Positions 26,238-40,800 of a DNA stretch of 64,000 nucleotides are shown here, piece by piece. The stretch is from NCBI RefSeq assembly GCF_024521635.1, contig NW_026250416.1:372001-436000 (forward strand), written 5' to 3'. Both the position numbers and the translations under genes were made by a program. How positions within the stretch are numbered: position 1 is the first letter of the stretch; each line of letters begins with the position of its first letter. The notes beneath the pieces are model-generated. The model saw only the letters and a list, made by a program, of their open reading frames with translations. It did no database searches and was not told the origin of the DNA. The DNA is from Tricharina praecox. Its lineage: Eukaryota.

Positions 26238-27671
26238 TGCATAGTGCTGGGCGGTAGCAGTTTGCGGACATAATCATCCTCCGACATGGAGGTTGTGATG
26301 CCTGCAATATCATCACTTTAGGAGTTCTTTCTTCTTTTCTTTTCCATCACATATCCCTCACTCTCGCGGCTGCGGGGCAATCATTGATTGTACAGATGCT
26401 CCTGCTGCGGGATTTTTTCTTTTTCTTTTCCTTATTTAGGGGCGTCGGGAGGTGGTGCAGCGTATGTCAATCTGCTGAGCACAAAACGGGCGGGCACATA
26501 AAAAGGATTTGTTGTCATTGTTGGAGCATGAGCAGGGCTTTGGGAGACCACTTATCTGTCTTTCTTTTCTTTTCTATTTCCGGTTGGTTCGGTGTGCTGT
26601 TTGCTGCAGAGGGAGGGAGGGGGGGAGAAACCAACCTTCCTTCCTCACTTGAGGAGGATATTGTTTGACTAATAGCAGGATGTGTTTCCGTTCCGTCTTC
26701 GTGGGTTCTCCTCCCTGTGTTTTCATCCACTCCATCAATGATATGGGCTGCGGGGAACAACGGGGGGAGGGGGATATACATCTAGATGATGATGAGGCTT
26801 GCAGCGCATTGTTTGGGACCATATTTTCTCTTCTTCTTCTTCTTCTTCCTCCTTCTTTTCCCTTGGTATCAGGCAGTATCGGGATGATATCATTGCCTGT
26901 TTTTCTTTCTCGCCGTTGTTTTGTTTTTTGTTTTCTCGTTTTCTTTATCTTCACCCGTTTTCGTTTTTCGTTTCCTTTGTATATGGGGTATGCGAAATCG
27001 CAACCTTCCTACTCGTCCTCACCCAGGAGCTACTAGTTTTACACACAACTCTCTCTCTCTCTCTCTCTTATGTTTCGCTCTCAATCCTGAGACTTTTCCT
27101 TTTCCTTATCTTTTTCTTGCTCTCTGCGGTTTTCGTTTTTATTACCACTAGCCATTCGTGTTTTCGTTTCTGTTTTCTGTTTTCTGTTGTCCTTGATCGA
27201 TATCTCTGTAGTTTTGTGTTTTCGTTTTAGTTTTTCCACCACCGTGTGTGTTGTTGCTGTTGTTTGCAGTGGAAGAATTACGTATGCGTGGTTGCGTGGT
27301 TGCGTGGTTGCGTGGTTGCGTAGTTGCGTAGTTTATACACTCAAATACCTATTTCTAAATTCCCCCCTCAAGGCTTACTATCCTCTTCATAATCTTTTTA
27401 CTATAGTTGTGTGGTTTGGTGGGGTTTGGCGTGTATCCCCGTTTTGCTTGCGTTGCGTGCTGTGCTTGCGTTGTGTGCTGTGAGGTTTGCTGCGGAAGAT
27501 TGCTGCGGTTTGCTGTTTGCAAAGAGATTCCCCGGAGACTGGAGACTGGAGCGTGTTATCGTCGTCGTCGTTGGCGTGAAATTGATTTGGTTATGGTCAT
27601 TGGTTATGGTAGTATGGAGAATGTGGAAGTGGGCGGGTGGGAGGGGAGAGGAGAGAATCGGGAGGGCGGAT

Positions 27672-27897
27672 GGGAGTGGGAGTGAGTGGGAGTGAGTGGG
27701 AGTGGGAGTGGGAGTGAGTGGGAGTGGGAGTGGGAGTGGGAGCGGGAGAGTGAGAGTGAGTGAAATGTGAGTGGGAATGGGAGTGGGATACGGAGAGTGA
27801 ATGGGAGTGGGAGTGGGAATGGGAGTGGATGAGGGAGAGGGTGATGGAGAGACGGAGGGTGAGGGACCATTGAGGGTGAGGGACCATTGAGGGTGAG
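27672..27897. repeat. Degenerate (GAGTGG)n purine-rich satellite plus a duplicated GAGGGTGAGGGACCATT
   Basis: Directly visible; source of the HSHSHS/PLPLPL spurious ORFs. Confidence 0.9.
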
Positions 27898-29190
27898 GTG
27901 GATTACTTTAAGTACTTGGTATGATACCACTTGTAATAGAAAAACACGAAGTTTTGGCATAGCTGGAGTACTGGGAACTGCTCGTTGTGCATTGTACACA
28001 GTGCACGCTCTTTGAAGTCTCGGTACTACTACGTGAGTGAGTGTGAGTGATCGGAAGGGGGGCGTGTGTGAATGGGGGTGTGAGTCATGGAGGTTCACTC
28101 GGGGCTGGAAATTAGGAGCGACATCAATAGAGTCTGGAAGAGTATGTTCCCGCTCAACGCCCGGCTACGGACCATACCACAGTACACCAACTTTAAGTAC
28201 TCCCAGAAGCTTCTCTAGTTTGGCTCCGCACGGGAGTCGTCGTCGAGCAGTGTCGTCCCAGGATAGGTAGTAGGTGCATAGTGATATGTTGCAGAATAAT
28301 TAATCCCACCCACCCGGCTTGGGAATCTGGGATGACATCCATTCAGTCTGGGATGACATCCCGCATCCGAGAAATCCTCGGTGACAGCCGAGTGGAGCAC
28401 CGGGGCCTTATTTACGGAGAATACATAGGGTAGTTGGCACCCGCATATTCGTCTATGTATGCAGCCTGCAGATCGGCCCTGGACGCGGCCGTTGTCAAAT
28501 GTCCGATGTCAGGCCGGCCATCTACCTACCGGCCTACTAACATGTACTATGTACGATGTATGCAGCTCGCAGCTCGCAGGGGCGTGAACGTAAATCCGAA
28601 TGCCGATCCCCTCAAGTCACAAGCGTAATCAATTGTCGGCGTTTTTTTTCGGTCGGGCGTGGTGGGATTCGTGGACCCTGGGTATTTAGTATGTATAAAA
28701 GACGGCTGGCTTCTGGTCGTGGTAGTGGTGGCTGTGGCTGTGTTGGCCGTGCCCTTCGTCTCCTCTGGTTTGATATATGGCCGTCTGGCTAGCTCTTGGT
28801 ACTATGTTCTGTTCTGGCCGATATTACAAACGTCATGTACGTGCTTTTGCTTAAAGTGTTCTCATGGTTGGGCCAATGTAATCCCATGTTACCCAGAGTT
28901 CAAACCTTGATATTGGAGTACCAAGAGGTAAAGATATCCTATGTATCTACATGCCAATCTATGCACATTGCATATTGCACATTGCACCGAGCGTGAGGGA
29001 CGGCAGAGGGAATGCGGCTAACGTGAGGAATACGAGATGAGATGTCAGGGGATAGATCATAGAAGCAGAAGAAGGAGGAGGAGGAGAAGAAGGGAATTCC
29101 TATAAACCCCAACCACCGCCGCCGCAACTACGCCAGTCCGCCCGTCCCGTCCCTATCGATCACCGCCAATCACCGCCAATCCAGCACAGC

Positions 29191-30552
29191 ATGTTCCTCC
29201 TCCCGCGCCTTCCGCGCCTCCTTCTCCTCATCACGGTAGTACTCATAAGCATCTCACTCACCACCACCACCGCCTCGCCGACACCTTCCCCACAATCCGC
29301 TGGTCCCGCTGGTCCCGCTGGTCCCGCGAAGCCGGGAAGGAAGTGCATGCAACGTCTCCGACGCCGCGCATGGCAGGTCCTGACCACCCGCGAGAAAAAG
29401 AACTACATCAACGCGGAGCTGTGTCTCATGTCTCGGCCCGCGCAAACGGGCCTCACAGCCGCCGTGACACGGTTTGATGATCTGATCAAGGCGCATCAGG
29501 TGCAGGCGGTGGTGGTTCACGGTGATGTAGGGTTTCCGGGAATTCCTGGGGACGAGGGGTGTGGTGGATGGGCTGCGCTGATAGCAGCTGGTGAATAAAT
29601 AGGGCTGGTTTCTGCCGTTTCATAGATTGTATGGATTTCCCCTTCGCGACGATAAGTAAGTAGTGGCTGATGAATCCAGGATCATCTGGGCACACGAAAA
29701 GCTCCTCCGTGAGGAATGCGGGTACAAAGGCACGCAGCCGTACTGGGAGCAAACCATCACTGTCGGGCGGGTGACGAAGTCCTCGCTCCTCTCGCCGACC
29801 ACGGGCTTCGGCGGCGGCGGCAGCGCCCCCGATTACTGCATCGTCGATGGGCCTTTCACTAACTACACTGTACCTACTTCCCCCCACCCTCTCCCCGTCC
29901 CGCGTGACCGCCAATTGATGTTGATTGTGGTGGTGATAGCTGCACACCGGCCCCGGCCACGAAAACACCGAGCACTGCATCACGCGCCGACTCGACGAGT
30001 CGTGGAGCTATGGCGCGTCCGCATCGAACGTATCGGCGTGTCTGCAGCACGACAGCTATGCAAAGGCGTGGCCGTGCCTGGAGTTCGCGCCGCACTTCGC
30101 CGGGCACAATTCCATCGGCGGGGAGATGGCGAATCCGATCTCTTCTCCTGGGGGTACGAGCCCTCCCCTCCTCCTCCTCCTCCCCCTTCCCCCCTCCTCC
30201 TCCCACGTCCACTGACACGTATAACAATACAGACCCGCTATTCTACCTCCACCACGCCTGGCTCGACAAGCTATGGTGGAACTGGCAGGCGCGGGACCTG
30301 CCGGCGCGGCTGGTGGACATTGCGGGGTACACGTCGCTGGCCCAGCCGGCTACGGGCTGGGTCAATGCCACGCTAGACGATGCGCTGAATATGTTTGGCA
30401 TCGTACCGAATGCTACGGTCAGGGAGGTCATGGATATCGGCGGAGATCTGCTCTGCGCTGAGTATGTCGAGTATGTCAGGCCGAGGTGGGGCGATGGACT
30501 GAGGATCGGGGAGACGGCGAGGCAGGGGGAGGAGGAGGAGGCGGAATTTTAG
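29191..30552 (+). CDS. Short secreted tyrosinase/catechol oxidase-like di-copper protein; exons 29191-29526, 29603-29628, 29680-29869, 29940-30153, 30233-30552
   Basis: Signal peptide, RRAW...YINAELCL, CuA histidines (AHQ..VHGDGWFLPFHR), ECGYKGTQPYW and CuB histidines (PHFAGH..SPGDPLFYLHHAWLD). Four introns restore the frame; TATAAA at 29101. Confidence 0.92.
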
Positions 30553-33500
30553 GATGTATGTATGTAGGATGTATGTATGATATCACCAGCTGCGGAATGG
30601 TTCCCCCCCGGTGGATGAGAATTCCGCTTTTCTGGACTCTGGGAAGGAGTACATACCCCGGACCAGCATCGGGTGTCGAGGTTCACAGCTTCTCACTAAG
30701 CCACCGAGTGACCACCGATGAAATACCCAAACTGGCCGGCTTGGAAACCCCGGTCCTCCTCCGCCAGATACTTAGGTGCGTGATCACTATTAGTAGGGCC
30801 ACACGGGACTTCTCAGGGCCTCTACGAGGGGGCGCGGATATATGGTGCGGATATATATACGTGTCTAGATCAAATTCCGACGGACCTCGGAAATACGGTA
30901 GCAGGCCGACGATGTCGGTCGATCCCGAGTAGCCGCTGGTAACGCTAGATGGCAGAGGAGGAGTAAGAGGAGAAGGAGGAAGACGGTAGCCGAGACACGA
31001 CTTGTTGTTCGACCTTCGATCGAACACAATCCATGAGCAGATAACCTTGAGGCTACCTATTCGACTCAGTAGCTTGTGCTGCATGCACTGCTATTCAACT
31101 AATGTCTAGTGGTACCCGACTCTACTCGCATGAAAGCGTACCCGCTCAATGCTACCGGTGTCGCACCACGGTCACTGGACTAAGTCCACATCGTGATCAC
31201 CGTGAGAGACACTACTTACAATACCTACCATGCGGAAGTCGTATGTACAGCGTCGCTCGCCCCTCGCTTCTCGCTTCTCGGAACACGATCTACAGCACCG
31301 TTTGGCGGCAGAGCCGAGGGCTTGCCATGATCCGGAGTAGGTACGGTAGCTAACTTCCAAGGTCGCATGCGATCAATGAAGCGATAAGCATTTTTAGACA
31401 CACCCCATCAGAACCTTCGCCTTCGCCTTGGAGCGGGGGCATTCAGGGTAGTTAACAGCCAAACTCTGTCAAACCAAAAAAAAAGGCCAAACTTCGAAGT
31501 CTCTGCTGCAAGGCTGCAACGTTCATCTCAATGGCCCGTCTAACCTACCCTTTAATATTTACTGCCACATGCGGACGGAGAAAGTTGAAACCATCATGCC
31601 CACTACCTATCGACGGCCCACCAACGATATGCATCCCCAAACACATCCCTCAGAGTACCCATATACTAGGTAGATAGATCATGAATCTGGGGTTTCGGGT
31701 AGGTTCCTTCCGCCTGCGTTCGGACTCAACATCGTCCCCTAGAATATCGTAATATCAAGACGGTGCGACAGCCGTGTGTGGGGGACTAGAGAGTGGAGAA
31801 GGATATAGCAATATCGCCACAGCCGACAGTCCACTTCTAAGTTCCAATCACTAATTGACTCACGAATCACCAATTCCTATCTTCCAGATTCTTGCACGCG
31901 TGGGGGATGACCCGAATTACCGCCTCAGGCCCGCCCAGATCTGGATTTGGATCTGGAGCAAAGTGGGGGCAAAGTTAAGAGTTTGCCAACTCCCGAGTTC
32001 CGAGTTCCGAGTCCCGAGCGAGGGAATGGTGGTGGACGTAAGAAAGAGAGCACTAGCAATGATATGTGGGTTGGAGATGGGTGTCGGGTGGCACCGCGGA
32101 TATAGACAAGGCTCTCGGCACCCGAAAGTCCGAATCTATCCTAGGACTGGGGAGAAGAAGATGAGTTGGAACTTGGAAGCAATGATCAATCTATCGGTGT
32201 CGGTGTCGATGTCAGCTCGGTGTCTCATGCACCTGCGTAAGCACAAGTAATCTGCTGTTCAGTGACCGGGTGAGGGTGTTGATACGAATTGTATGTGCTA
32301 CCTATCCGAGTATGAATACTGAAGGAGCTTCTGCCATCTGGTGGATTGAAGCCTGGGTCCGGGGCACCGAGGGATCCGCTGCGCACTGTCGGTGATCTCA
32401 TGCTCGGCTACTAGGTATGGTAGTTCGTGATCAGCGGAATCATCATCAAGCTCTGGATCGGCGCCGAAGGACGGACATTCGGTGTGCTCTTCTTCTACTG
32501 ATGGCTGCAATGTGCATCACTCCAGCCGAAATTCTTCCACAGTGCACACCACTTCTACCGGTACCGGGCCTAAAATCCCCACAACAAGGCGATATGTAGC
32601 CCGAGAACCCGAAAACAATCAAGGAATTACCGTAATCATGCGGCGTGAACTATGATGCCCTTCTTCCCATGCTTTCCACGTTTTTGGTCGTCGTATGGGC
32701 GCAACGCGTCGAGTATAAATTACCCGGGAAGATGTATGGAAAGGGTATGTAAAAATACAAGGAGCTGCCCTTGATACAATGTACATGCGGCCTTATGTTG
32801 CACATCATTCACAAGACATGATCGTCCTGCAGGCCGCAGGCCCCAGGGAGGTATGTACCAGGAGCTGCCAATAAGTGGTGCCTCACCACCATTACGAATT
32901 ATAAGCGCAAATAAACACTAGTCTATGTTAGGAGCGCACTGAGCCGGATGCAATAAGATGAGTGAGTGGTTGTGACTAAGTTGTAATTGACTAAGTTGTA
33001 ATGGGAAAAACGCTAAGCTGTATGGGGGAAAAACTGGTGAGGCAGCACTTATCCTTACACCCGAGTACTCTACATAACCCACCAACGCACCACGTGCCCA
33101 CACCGCCCTGGTGCAGTTCCTCTTGCTATATGTCCCGATACATTCTTCCAAGCTCTTGTAACTCGTCGTGAGTGCGTCCAGACTCCAGACTCCACCTCAA
33201 CTACCGGGATCGGATCACGATCAAAAGTTAAGTTAAGCGACGAATTGCTCGCTTAAAATCTCAACTTCATGGCGAGACGCCGAGACCGATCTGGAGTAAA
33301 CTAATGCACTGAATCTGTGTTGATCGGGTGTGAGATCCGGAGGGATCTACGGTTACATAGTATCTGCTACGGTATGTATTTACGGTAGATGACTTCAGTT
33401 TTGGTCCTTGGAGTAGTTTCTGGGCGTAGATAGTGTCTGGGCGTACATAGGAGTTGCGAGCATGTTGGGTCTGTTGTCTATTATCTGTTGTTGCGGTATA

Positions 33501-34996
33501 ACCCTCACCGCCGGCGCACGCGGGTTGTCCGGGTTGCCCGGGGCTGGGGTACGATATGGAATGGCGCTGTCCACAATGCACCTCCCGAAGTCGTCGCCGG
33601 TCTGCCGAAGTACGTAGGAACCAAGGCACCAAGACCAAGAAGCCCGTGCAAGAACAAACACGGCCCAGTGCTTGTCTTGACTCTTGGCTGCTGGCCTGAG
33701 CCTTGAAGACGGACCGACCGACCCAGCGAGCCGATACCCACTGCAGAGTCGTCGAGAAAATAGCCCGTGGGTACGTAAGATGTGTAGGTAAGTGGTTGGG
33801 AACTTGGGATCCACATTGTGCAGCTCGACAATCGTCATCATGCCCGCAGCCCGCCCTTGGCCCTTCCGTGGACTCGCAGCATGTACATATGTAGCCGAAT
33901 ACGAACGACGGTGTGATAGGTAGATATGGAGAGCAACAGAGCCTCGAACAGGGCCGGAGAGCCCGTCTGGTCTGGTCTGGATCCGCCGTGTCCACTGTCA
34001 TGTTCACCGCATGTTCACCGCCGTCGACATCACCAAGCCCGCCACCAAGCCCACCCCTCCTATTATCAAGTTTCGACCCACGAGACGACCGTGCCACAAA
34101 TTACAATCTTACCTCCAGGCTTCAGCACCCGCCCCAGTGCCCCACCGGCGGAATTCATTCCCAAAGTTCTCAGTTCTGTCGCGGGACCACTTCGTATCCA
34201 TTCCACCTTGCTGCACCGCTGCACCGCAAATCATTCGCATATACCGCTTGGGCGGCTAATGGCCGGGAGTTCACGCAATTCCAGCCTCCGGGTGCAGTGT
34301 GTCGCGCCTATCTATGTATCTCCGTCAACGTTCCTTGGTTTGGTCTCAGATGCAGTTTCGCTCGTCGAACTTCAAAGGAAACGCTGCTGCTCGGCTCGGG
34401 GAGACAACCTTAGGTCCGTCGGACATCCCGAACAGGCTTGGGGTCCGGGGCCCGTTTGACTTTGGATGCGCGGTTTCCGGGCCACGGCGGTTTCTTAGCG
34501 GTTGAGACGGCGAGTTTACAGTTGTGGAGCGTTTGGTTGGCCATGGCCGGCTTATCTGATCATCCGACTTGCAAGCAAGCAGGTCACGGCGGAGTGTCTG
34601 GCGAATCTTCAGTGTTCAGATAAAGTTCGGCGGGCGGAATACGGTAATGCCTAGCCTCTAGGTGCCGTATGATTCCCGATGTATGTACTCAACTCTATAT
34701 ACTGCTGGGGTCGGGCAAAGATTCCACAGTGGTATGTACGGTACTCTAGAGTCTATATGCTCTATATACCCAGGTGATGGGGCTGCGCTGCGAGTCTACG
34801 ACGCCCGTCGTTTGTATGTATGTATGTACCGTCGGTGTTGTGGTTGTGGTTTCATCCCGAATGTCATTTTTGTCTCTCTCTGCGCACCAATCCTACCCTA
34901 CCCACTCCACCCAGCTACCTTGTACTAGATTTAGTTAACGGTGTGCTGGTGTAATCCAACCCGCTTCTTGAAATCTTTGAATCTTGGGTGCAGGTG

Positions 34997-35047
34997 CCAA
35001 GCACGCCCGACTCCAAGCACGCCCGACTCCAAGCACGCCCGACTCCA
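34997..35047. repeat. 16-bp minisatellite x3 (CCAAGCACGCCCGACT)
   Basis: Units at 34997, 35013 and 35029. Confidence 0.9.
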
Positions 35048-35130
35048 GAGCCCAAACGAACACGAGTCACGACGAAGCGGGAGGTCGCTTTCGCAGGGCA
35101 AGGCAGGGCTGGGCTGTGGGGAAGCTGTCC

Positions 35131-35188
35131 GGGCTGGTCGGGAAGGGACTGGTCGGGAAAGGACTGGTCGGGAAAGGACACGGGAAGT
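35131..35188. repeat. 15-bp minisatellite x3-4 (GGACTGGTCGGGAAA)
   Basis: Directly visible degenerate tandem units. Confidence 0.85.
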
Positions 35189-36861
35189 CTGGGCAGGAGC
35201 CTGGGAGAGCGTGGTGTTTCTGTTACATATGGATGCTTATGTGTGCGTAAGAGAATAACCATGGCAATGGCAATGGCAATGTGGCTAGGACAGTCAGTTT
35301 TCGAGCTATGTATTGTACTTATGTAAGTGCATGCGATCTCACAGATTCACTGATGGCCTGCTTCTGCTTCTGCTTCTGCTTTCATCAGAAGAAATGTCTC
35401 TCGTTCATGTCTCTCATTCATGCGGCCTTCGAGTACTCTACATACTGTCGTAGTAGACAGGATCTATCTGACTGTTCGCGTATGTACTCTAATATGTATG
35501 TAAAGAAAGAAGAAGGAAAGATGAAGATCGAACGATTCCAACGATTCGAATGATTCGAACCTTCGAACCAAGGATATCTGATAGGGCGGTGCGGAAACGA
35601 GAAACGGGGGTGGCTCTAGCTGGCAACGGTTGCTTCGCTCTTCGCTCTTCGCTCGCCGCCATCAGCCTGAGTGCGAGTACGCGGCGGACTCCTGCGGTCC
35701 GCCGCGATCATAGCATACATACCGTATCTAGAGCAACCGTAAACTCTGCGGGGGGGGATCAACCCGCTGGTTAGTTAGTTAGTGGGGAATGTCGATCCAA
35801 AGCAAAGCAGATCCATAGATAGATAGTAAAATAAAGTAGAACTCGCACGCTCGCTCGCTCGATTCCGGGATCGTGGGATCGTGAGATCGTGGGAGCTTGG
35901 GAGCCTGGGAGCGTGGGATGCAAATGCGAAAAACCAATGGCGGAAAGCTGAGTGTGGAGTCCATGGAGATCACACACACACAAACATGCAGCTCTGCGCT
36001 TCTCGAGACCTGACGAGTAATACGGTAGAGTACGGTAGAGCAGTTAGCGGAGTCGGAAAAAAAGTCCGGCCGAGCCCAGACCACGACCCCAAACTAATCT
36101 TTTCTCACGTTGGAAGTTGGAACTGGAACTCTTGGTGGAAAAGCGCAGGCTTGAGCGCACCGTCTGAACTACATCCTATCATACCCTGTTCCATTGTTTA
36201 CCCCGAGGACTACTAAGCAACTAGCCTGCGCCAACCAGATGTGGTGCTTAACATCTCCCACTGTAACTAGAGCATGGACCGATTTGAAGCCGCGGATGTA
36301 CGGACGGCTTTTTTTTTCGGGAGGGACGATGGAGCTCGCTCCTTCGGGAGGGAGGGAGTCGGCATTCGTTCCAACTTCCAGCATGAAACAGCCTCGCCGT
36401 TCGTCGACGGATGAAATTGGGCGGCTGTGCGCGGAGATGGGACACCGGCACTCGCCTCGACGCAACGCACTTGGTATGTAGAGTACTCTAGAGAAGCGTG
36501 GCAACGCTCAGGAATCGTAAGATGCGATGCGGGCGCGGGCATTCCGGCCTGCATGCTCCCCGGCGGCGGCGATTCTGGCCATACATATCTCCACAGGCGG
36601 AGGGTTCCATGCTGTACGGATGTATCGATGGATGGATGGGTCAATCCCCGCAGCGAGCCTCCCTCCCTCCCTCCCTCCACCGCTACTTTTTTCTCGGCGC
36701 GTCTGCGGTCGGCGACGGTTGTAACCATGGAAATATGTAGGGACCGCCGCTAGAGGGATAGCTCCGCATACTTGCTCTAGCGTTTGGGGTGGCCGTGGGT
36801 GCCAGGTGGAGATGTCCGAGGATCGTCGCCTCCCTCCAGCTTGACTCACCTCCGGTGTTGG

Positions 36862-36887
36862 GTGTGTGTGTGTGTGTGTGTGTGTGT
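36862..36887. repeat. (GT)n microsatellite
   Basis: About 13 units. Confidence 0.9.
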
Positions 36888-37890
36888 TTGAACTTCAAGC
36901 CGAACCGCTATGTAGAGCAGTAGGCAGTAAAGCGTGGATAGTTACCCGCAAGGGGGAGGCGGCGAGATGGCGGCGGCGGCGACGGACGGTCCTTCGGATG
37001 ACTCCGGTTCGCGCCGGCGGCGGTTCGTGAGTTGCAAGCCGCTGTGGATCCCGGGATTCTGGATGCGACCGGCTGGCTGGCAGGCTGCTGGCTGGCAGCA
37101 TGTGCGTGAGACGAACAGCAATCGATGGCTCGCTGAAAATTGCGATGCCAGGGTGCATGCACTGCGCCAAGCCCGATGTCGGCTTCGTGGCTCAGTGATG
37201 GTGAGCTGGAGGCAAGAGTACCGTAGAGTACATACCGTGCATAGTAATCGGTCAGAGCACGGCCAGCAGACATGGCTCGAGTCTCTGCGAGGGACTGCCT
37301 TCCTGTCCTCTACCGTGGGTGGGGGGTGGTGTATGTAAGTAGCAACAAAGTCAGTACTGGCCTCTTACTCACGCCCTTAGTTACCGCAATGGAGGGTGCT
37401 CGACGTGCTTTTCCGGGTCGTGTAACCTGTCTCTGTGGGGAAGATGCAGGTTGCCTATTATGTACTGTAGCCTCCAGCCCAGCCTGTGCCCGCCCCAAAT
37501 GAACTAGGTCCCTAACTGCTAGCACGGTCCTAGAGGATGTGTGTGCGCACCCTTGTCCCCAGCTCTGTCGCCTCTCCCTTCCGTCTCGCCATCCTGGGAA
37601 GTCTTCTTGCACGACTAAGCTCGAGCATTGAACCGTGCTGCGCTCAACTGAGTGATCCACCTCGACCATCTCTCGCTCGCTTTGCGTCTAGGCCATGCTG
37701 TGCTATCACCACCACCACCTCCACGACTACATCCACAGCAGACAGCAGCAGCAGCAGCATCAGATCATCCCCGCTGATCCGCAGCATCCGTCCCCCGCCA
37801 CAAGGCCGCCATAAGGACACCGACCTCCACATCGCTTCTCCCAACACCCCTCCTCGCTTTTGGCTCCGACGCCTTCGGTCGCCACAAACA

Positions 37891-40800
37891 ATGTTTTCGC
37901 GAGGTCTTCGACAGGCGATCACACGCCGGGTCGTCGGCTTCCGCCTCAAGATCAAGATCCGGGAGCAGTTGAGCATCCTGGTTGCATTCACCGCCGTGAC
38001 CGCTGTCGGAATTCTGTCTTTGATATTTGTGCGTTCACCAAGAAAGAAAGAAGAAAAAAAACCCGAGAGAAGCAGTTCATCCCGGAATGTCGCCGTTCAA
38101 GGTTGCTAACGAGAGGAACCCTAAAAAACTATAGTGGGTCAATAACCGTCGTCTGATCACCTCGGTCTCATTGGACAGGATCTCCATGGCCGTATCGATG
38201 AAAACGGCGCAGATCTCCCAGACCTTTGCCATCCTGCACCACGTCGCCTACGGACTCTCGACACGCTCGATCGTGCGCGGCGCCCTGCGGCGATACGAAA
38301 AGGCCGGAAACAACACTTGGCAGAACTGGGTGCGAGTGGACGAGGATCTGCGGAACGCGGCGTCGGCACGGGTCGGCGGGTTCCAGGAGATCTTGCAGGT
38401 GGTGCTCTTCGACACCCAGCTCTCGAACGGAACCGTCGGGTTCCCCGCCGGCACCTACTACAATGGCACGTATATCGGCGGTGACCACAATCCCGACTAC
38501 AATGGGACCATGCCGAACGGGACCAGGATCAACGTGGGTGAGGGGATGGGTGGTTCGTTGGGATTGCTGAATGTGACGGGTGATAATGCCATCGGCATCT
38601 ACCTCCCTGCGGCCCCCGAGAACGGAATGGAGGGTGAGACTATGTTGCCGAATGGCCCCGGTATCACCTCTGGCGAGCGCATGCAGAGATATTGGGGCGA
38701 TGTGGCCAGGAATCAGTCCCTTGGTAGACCCGTGCACGATGGCTTCTCGGTGCAGCTCTTTCCTGTGGTCACTGCATACCAGAATCCCAACGTCGCCGGA
38801 GACCGGAGCAAGATCTTCACCCCGCAATACATTGAAAGCATGGGAGGACTACTGTTGGGCCCGCTGGTCATTAATAATACCTTCGCGCTCATCAGCTTTA
38901 CTTTCCCGGTATACGAACAGATCAACGGCGACAATGGAGAGCTGGTCGGATTCGCCACGGTGGTCATGAACGCTTCGTCGTTGATGGCAATATTAGGCGA
39001 CAAACGGGGACTCGGAAAGACCGGACAAACCATTCTCGTGGGGCCAGCGTGGATCAACGGTCTGTGGAACGACACGAGGATCAGCGAGAACAAGTCACCC
39101 CGCCTCTACATGGACGACTCTAAGACGAAGAACGGGGAAGACGATCATGAGGCCGAAGGATCTCTCAAGAGCCAAATAGGCGACTACGAGTACATCTATC
39201 TCCTTCCGCCGGAAAATGACCCCAAACTTGGCGGTCAGACAAGAAAACTCAGAGATTATGCCGCCGTGTGGGATTTATATGCGAAGCAAGTGCAGGGAAC
39301 TAGAGGAGAAGCTGATCTTGACGCTGAAAATTCCGAAGGCCATAACGTCGGTGTGGGCTATGCGCTTCCCGAGATCCACAACCGCCTGGCGGATTGGGGA
39401 ATACTGATTGAGCAAGACAAATCGGAGGCTTTTAAGCCCATAGCCGAGCTTGAAAAGATATTGATTGCTACCGTGTTCGGCACATTTGCGGTGGTCATGC
39501 TCCTTGTGTGGCCGTTGGCGCATTTCTTGGTCCGACCGATTACCAGATTGAAGAGTGCAACCGAGCGTACCACTCATCCGTACGGTGGATCTTCGGATTC
39601 GGTCAACGACGACGGACATACCATCGGCTCCCACGACGTCGATACCGACGATGCTGAGAAGGGCAGGAAAGGATTCGTCAGTCGCTTCACAGGCCTGGGG
39701 AAACGACGGAAGCGCGCCAACAGCGCCGTCAGCGGCACTACCGCCAACAATAATAACAACGACAACGTGCGGACTTTCCGAATACCCGGTAGAGTACCTG
39801 AGCGGAAGCATCTGATCCACGACGAGCTTACATCCCTCACCGAGACGTTCAACCGGATGACCGATGAGTTGGAGCTCCAGTACACAACGCTGGAGGACCG
39901 TGTGTCGGAGAGAACCCGCGAGCTCAATGAGCAGAAGAAGATGGCGGAGGAGCAGCGCCAGATAGCGGAAGAGCAGGCCAGACTAGCGGACGAACAACGA
40001 CAGGTCGCCGAAGCAGCCAACAGCGCGAAATCTCTCTTCGTGGCCAACATCAGCCACGAGTTGAGAACGCCATTAAACGGTATCATCAACATGTGCGATG
40101 TGGCCATGTCGCAGGCGGCGCGCCGGGGGATTATGGATGTCCGGGATAGCCTCGAGGTTGCTGCCATGTCTGGAAAGTCACTTCTTCACCTGATCAATGA
40201 ACTCCTTACGTTCTCGAAAAACGCAGCAGGTCCACTCGAGGGTAGTGCCGATGATGAGGATTTTGCTTTGGAGATTGTGAGGAAACAGATCATGGCGGTC
40301 TTTGCGAAAGCGGCAGAGGAACGCGGTGTCATCTTGGACATCCAGCAGACTCCTCCGGATCTCGCCAATAAGATCTTCCATGCCGACGTCAAGAGATTGA
40401 CTCAATGCATGTACAACCTTGTGGGCAATGCACTGAAGTTTACACCGTACGTCCCCTAAATCAATCCCTCCATCAGGGAAGGCTCTGCTAACGAACAACA
40501 GAGAAGGTGGAGAAGTGCGTGTTCGTGTCAGGGTACTCCCCCGTCATTGTGCCGAAGGCACTCTGGAAATGCTACGTCGGGTCGACACCATCAGTCAGCC
40601 CACTGGTCACGATACTCCATCGAAGGCGCTCTCTCGATCACCGTCAACGCTAAGCCAAGACTCGACACGTCCAGCAACCCAGACGGGGAAAACACACGTC
40701 CTGGAGTTTTGCGTCATCGACAACGGCCCCGGTATACCCGAGCATCTCCACAAGAAAGTGTTCGAGCCTTTCGTCCAAGCCGAAATGCGTCTTTCAAAGA

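Noticed and set aside
32298..32510. Acidic 70-aa minus-strand ORF
   Set aside because: Non-ATG start, no codon bias or splice support.
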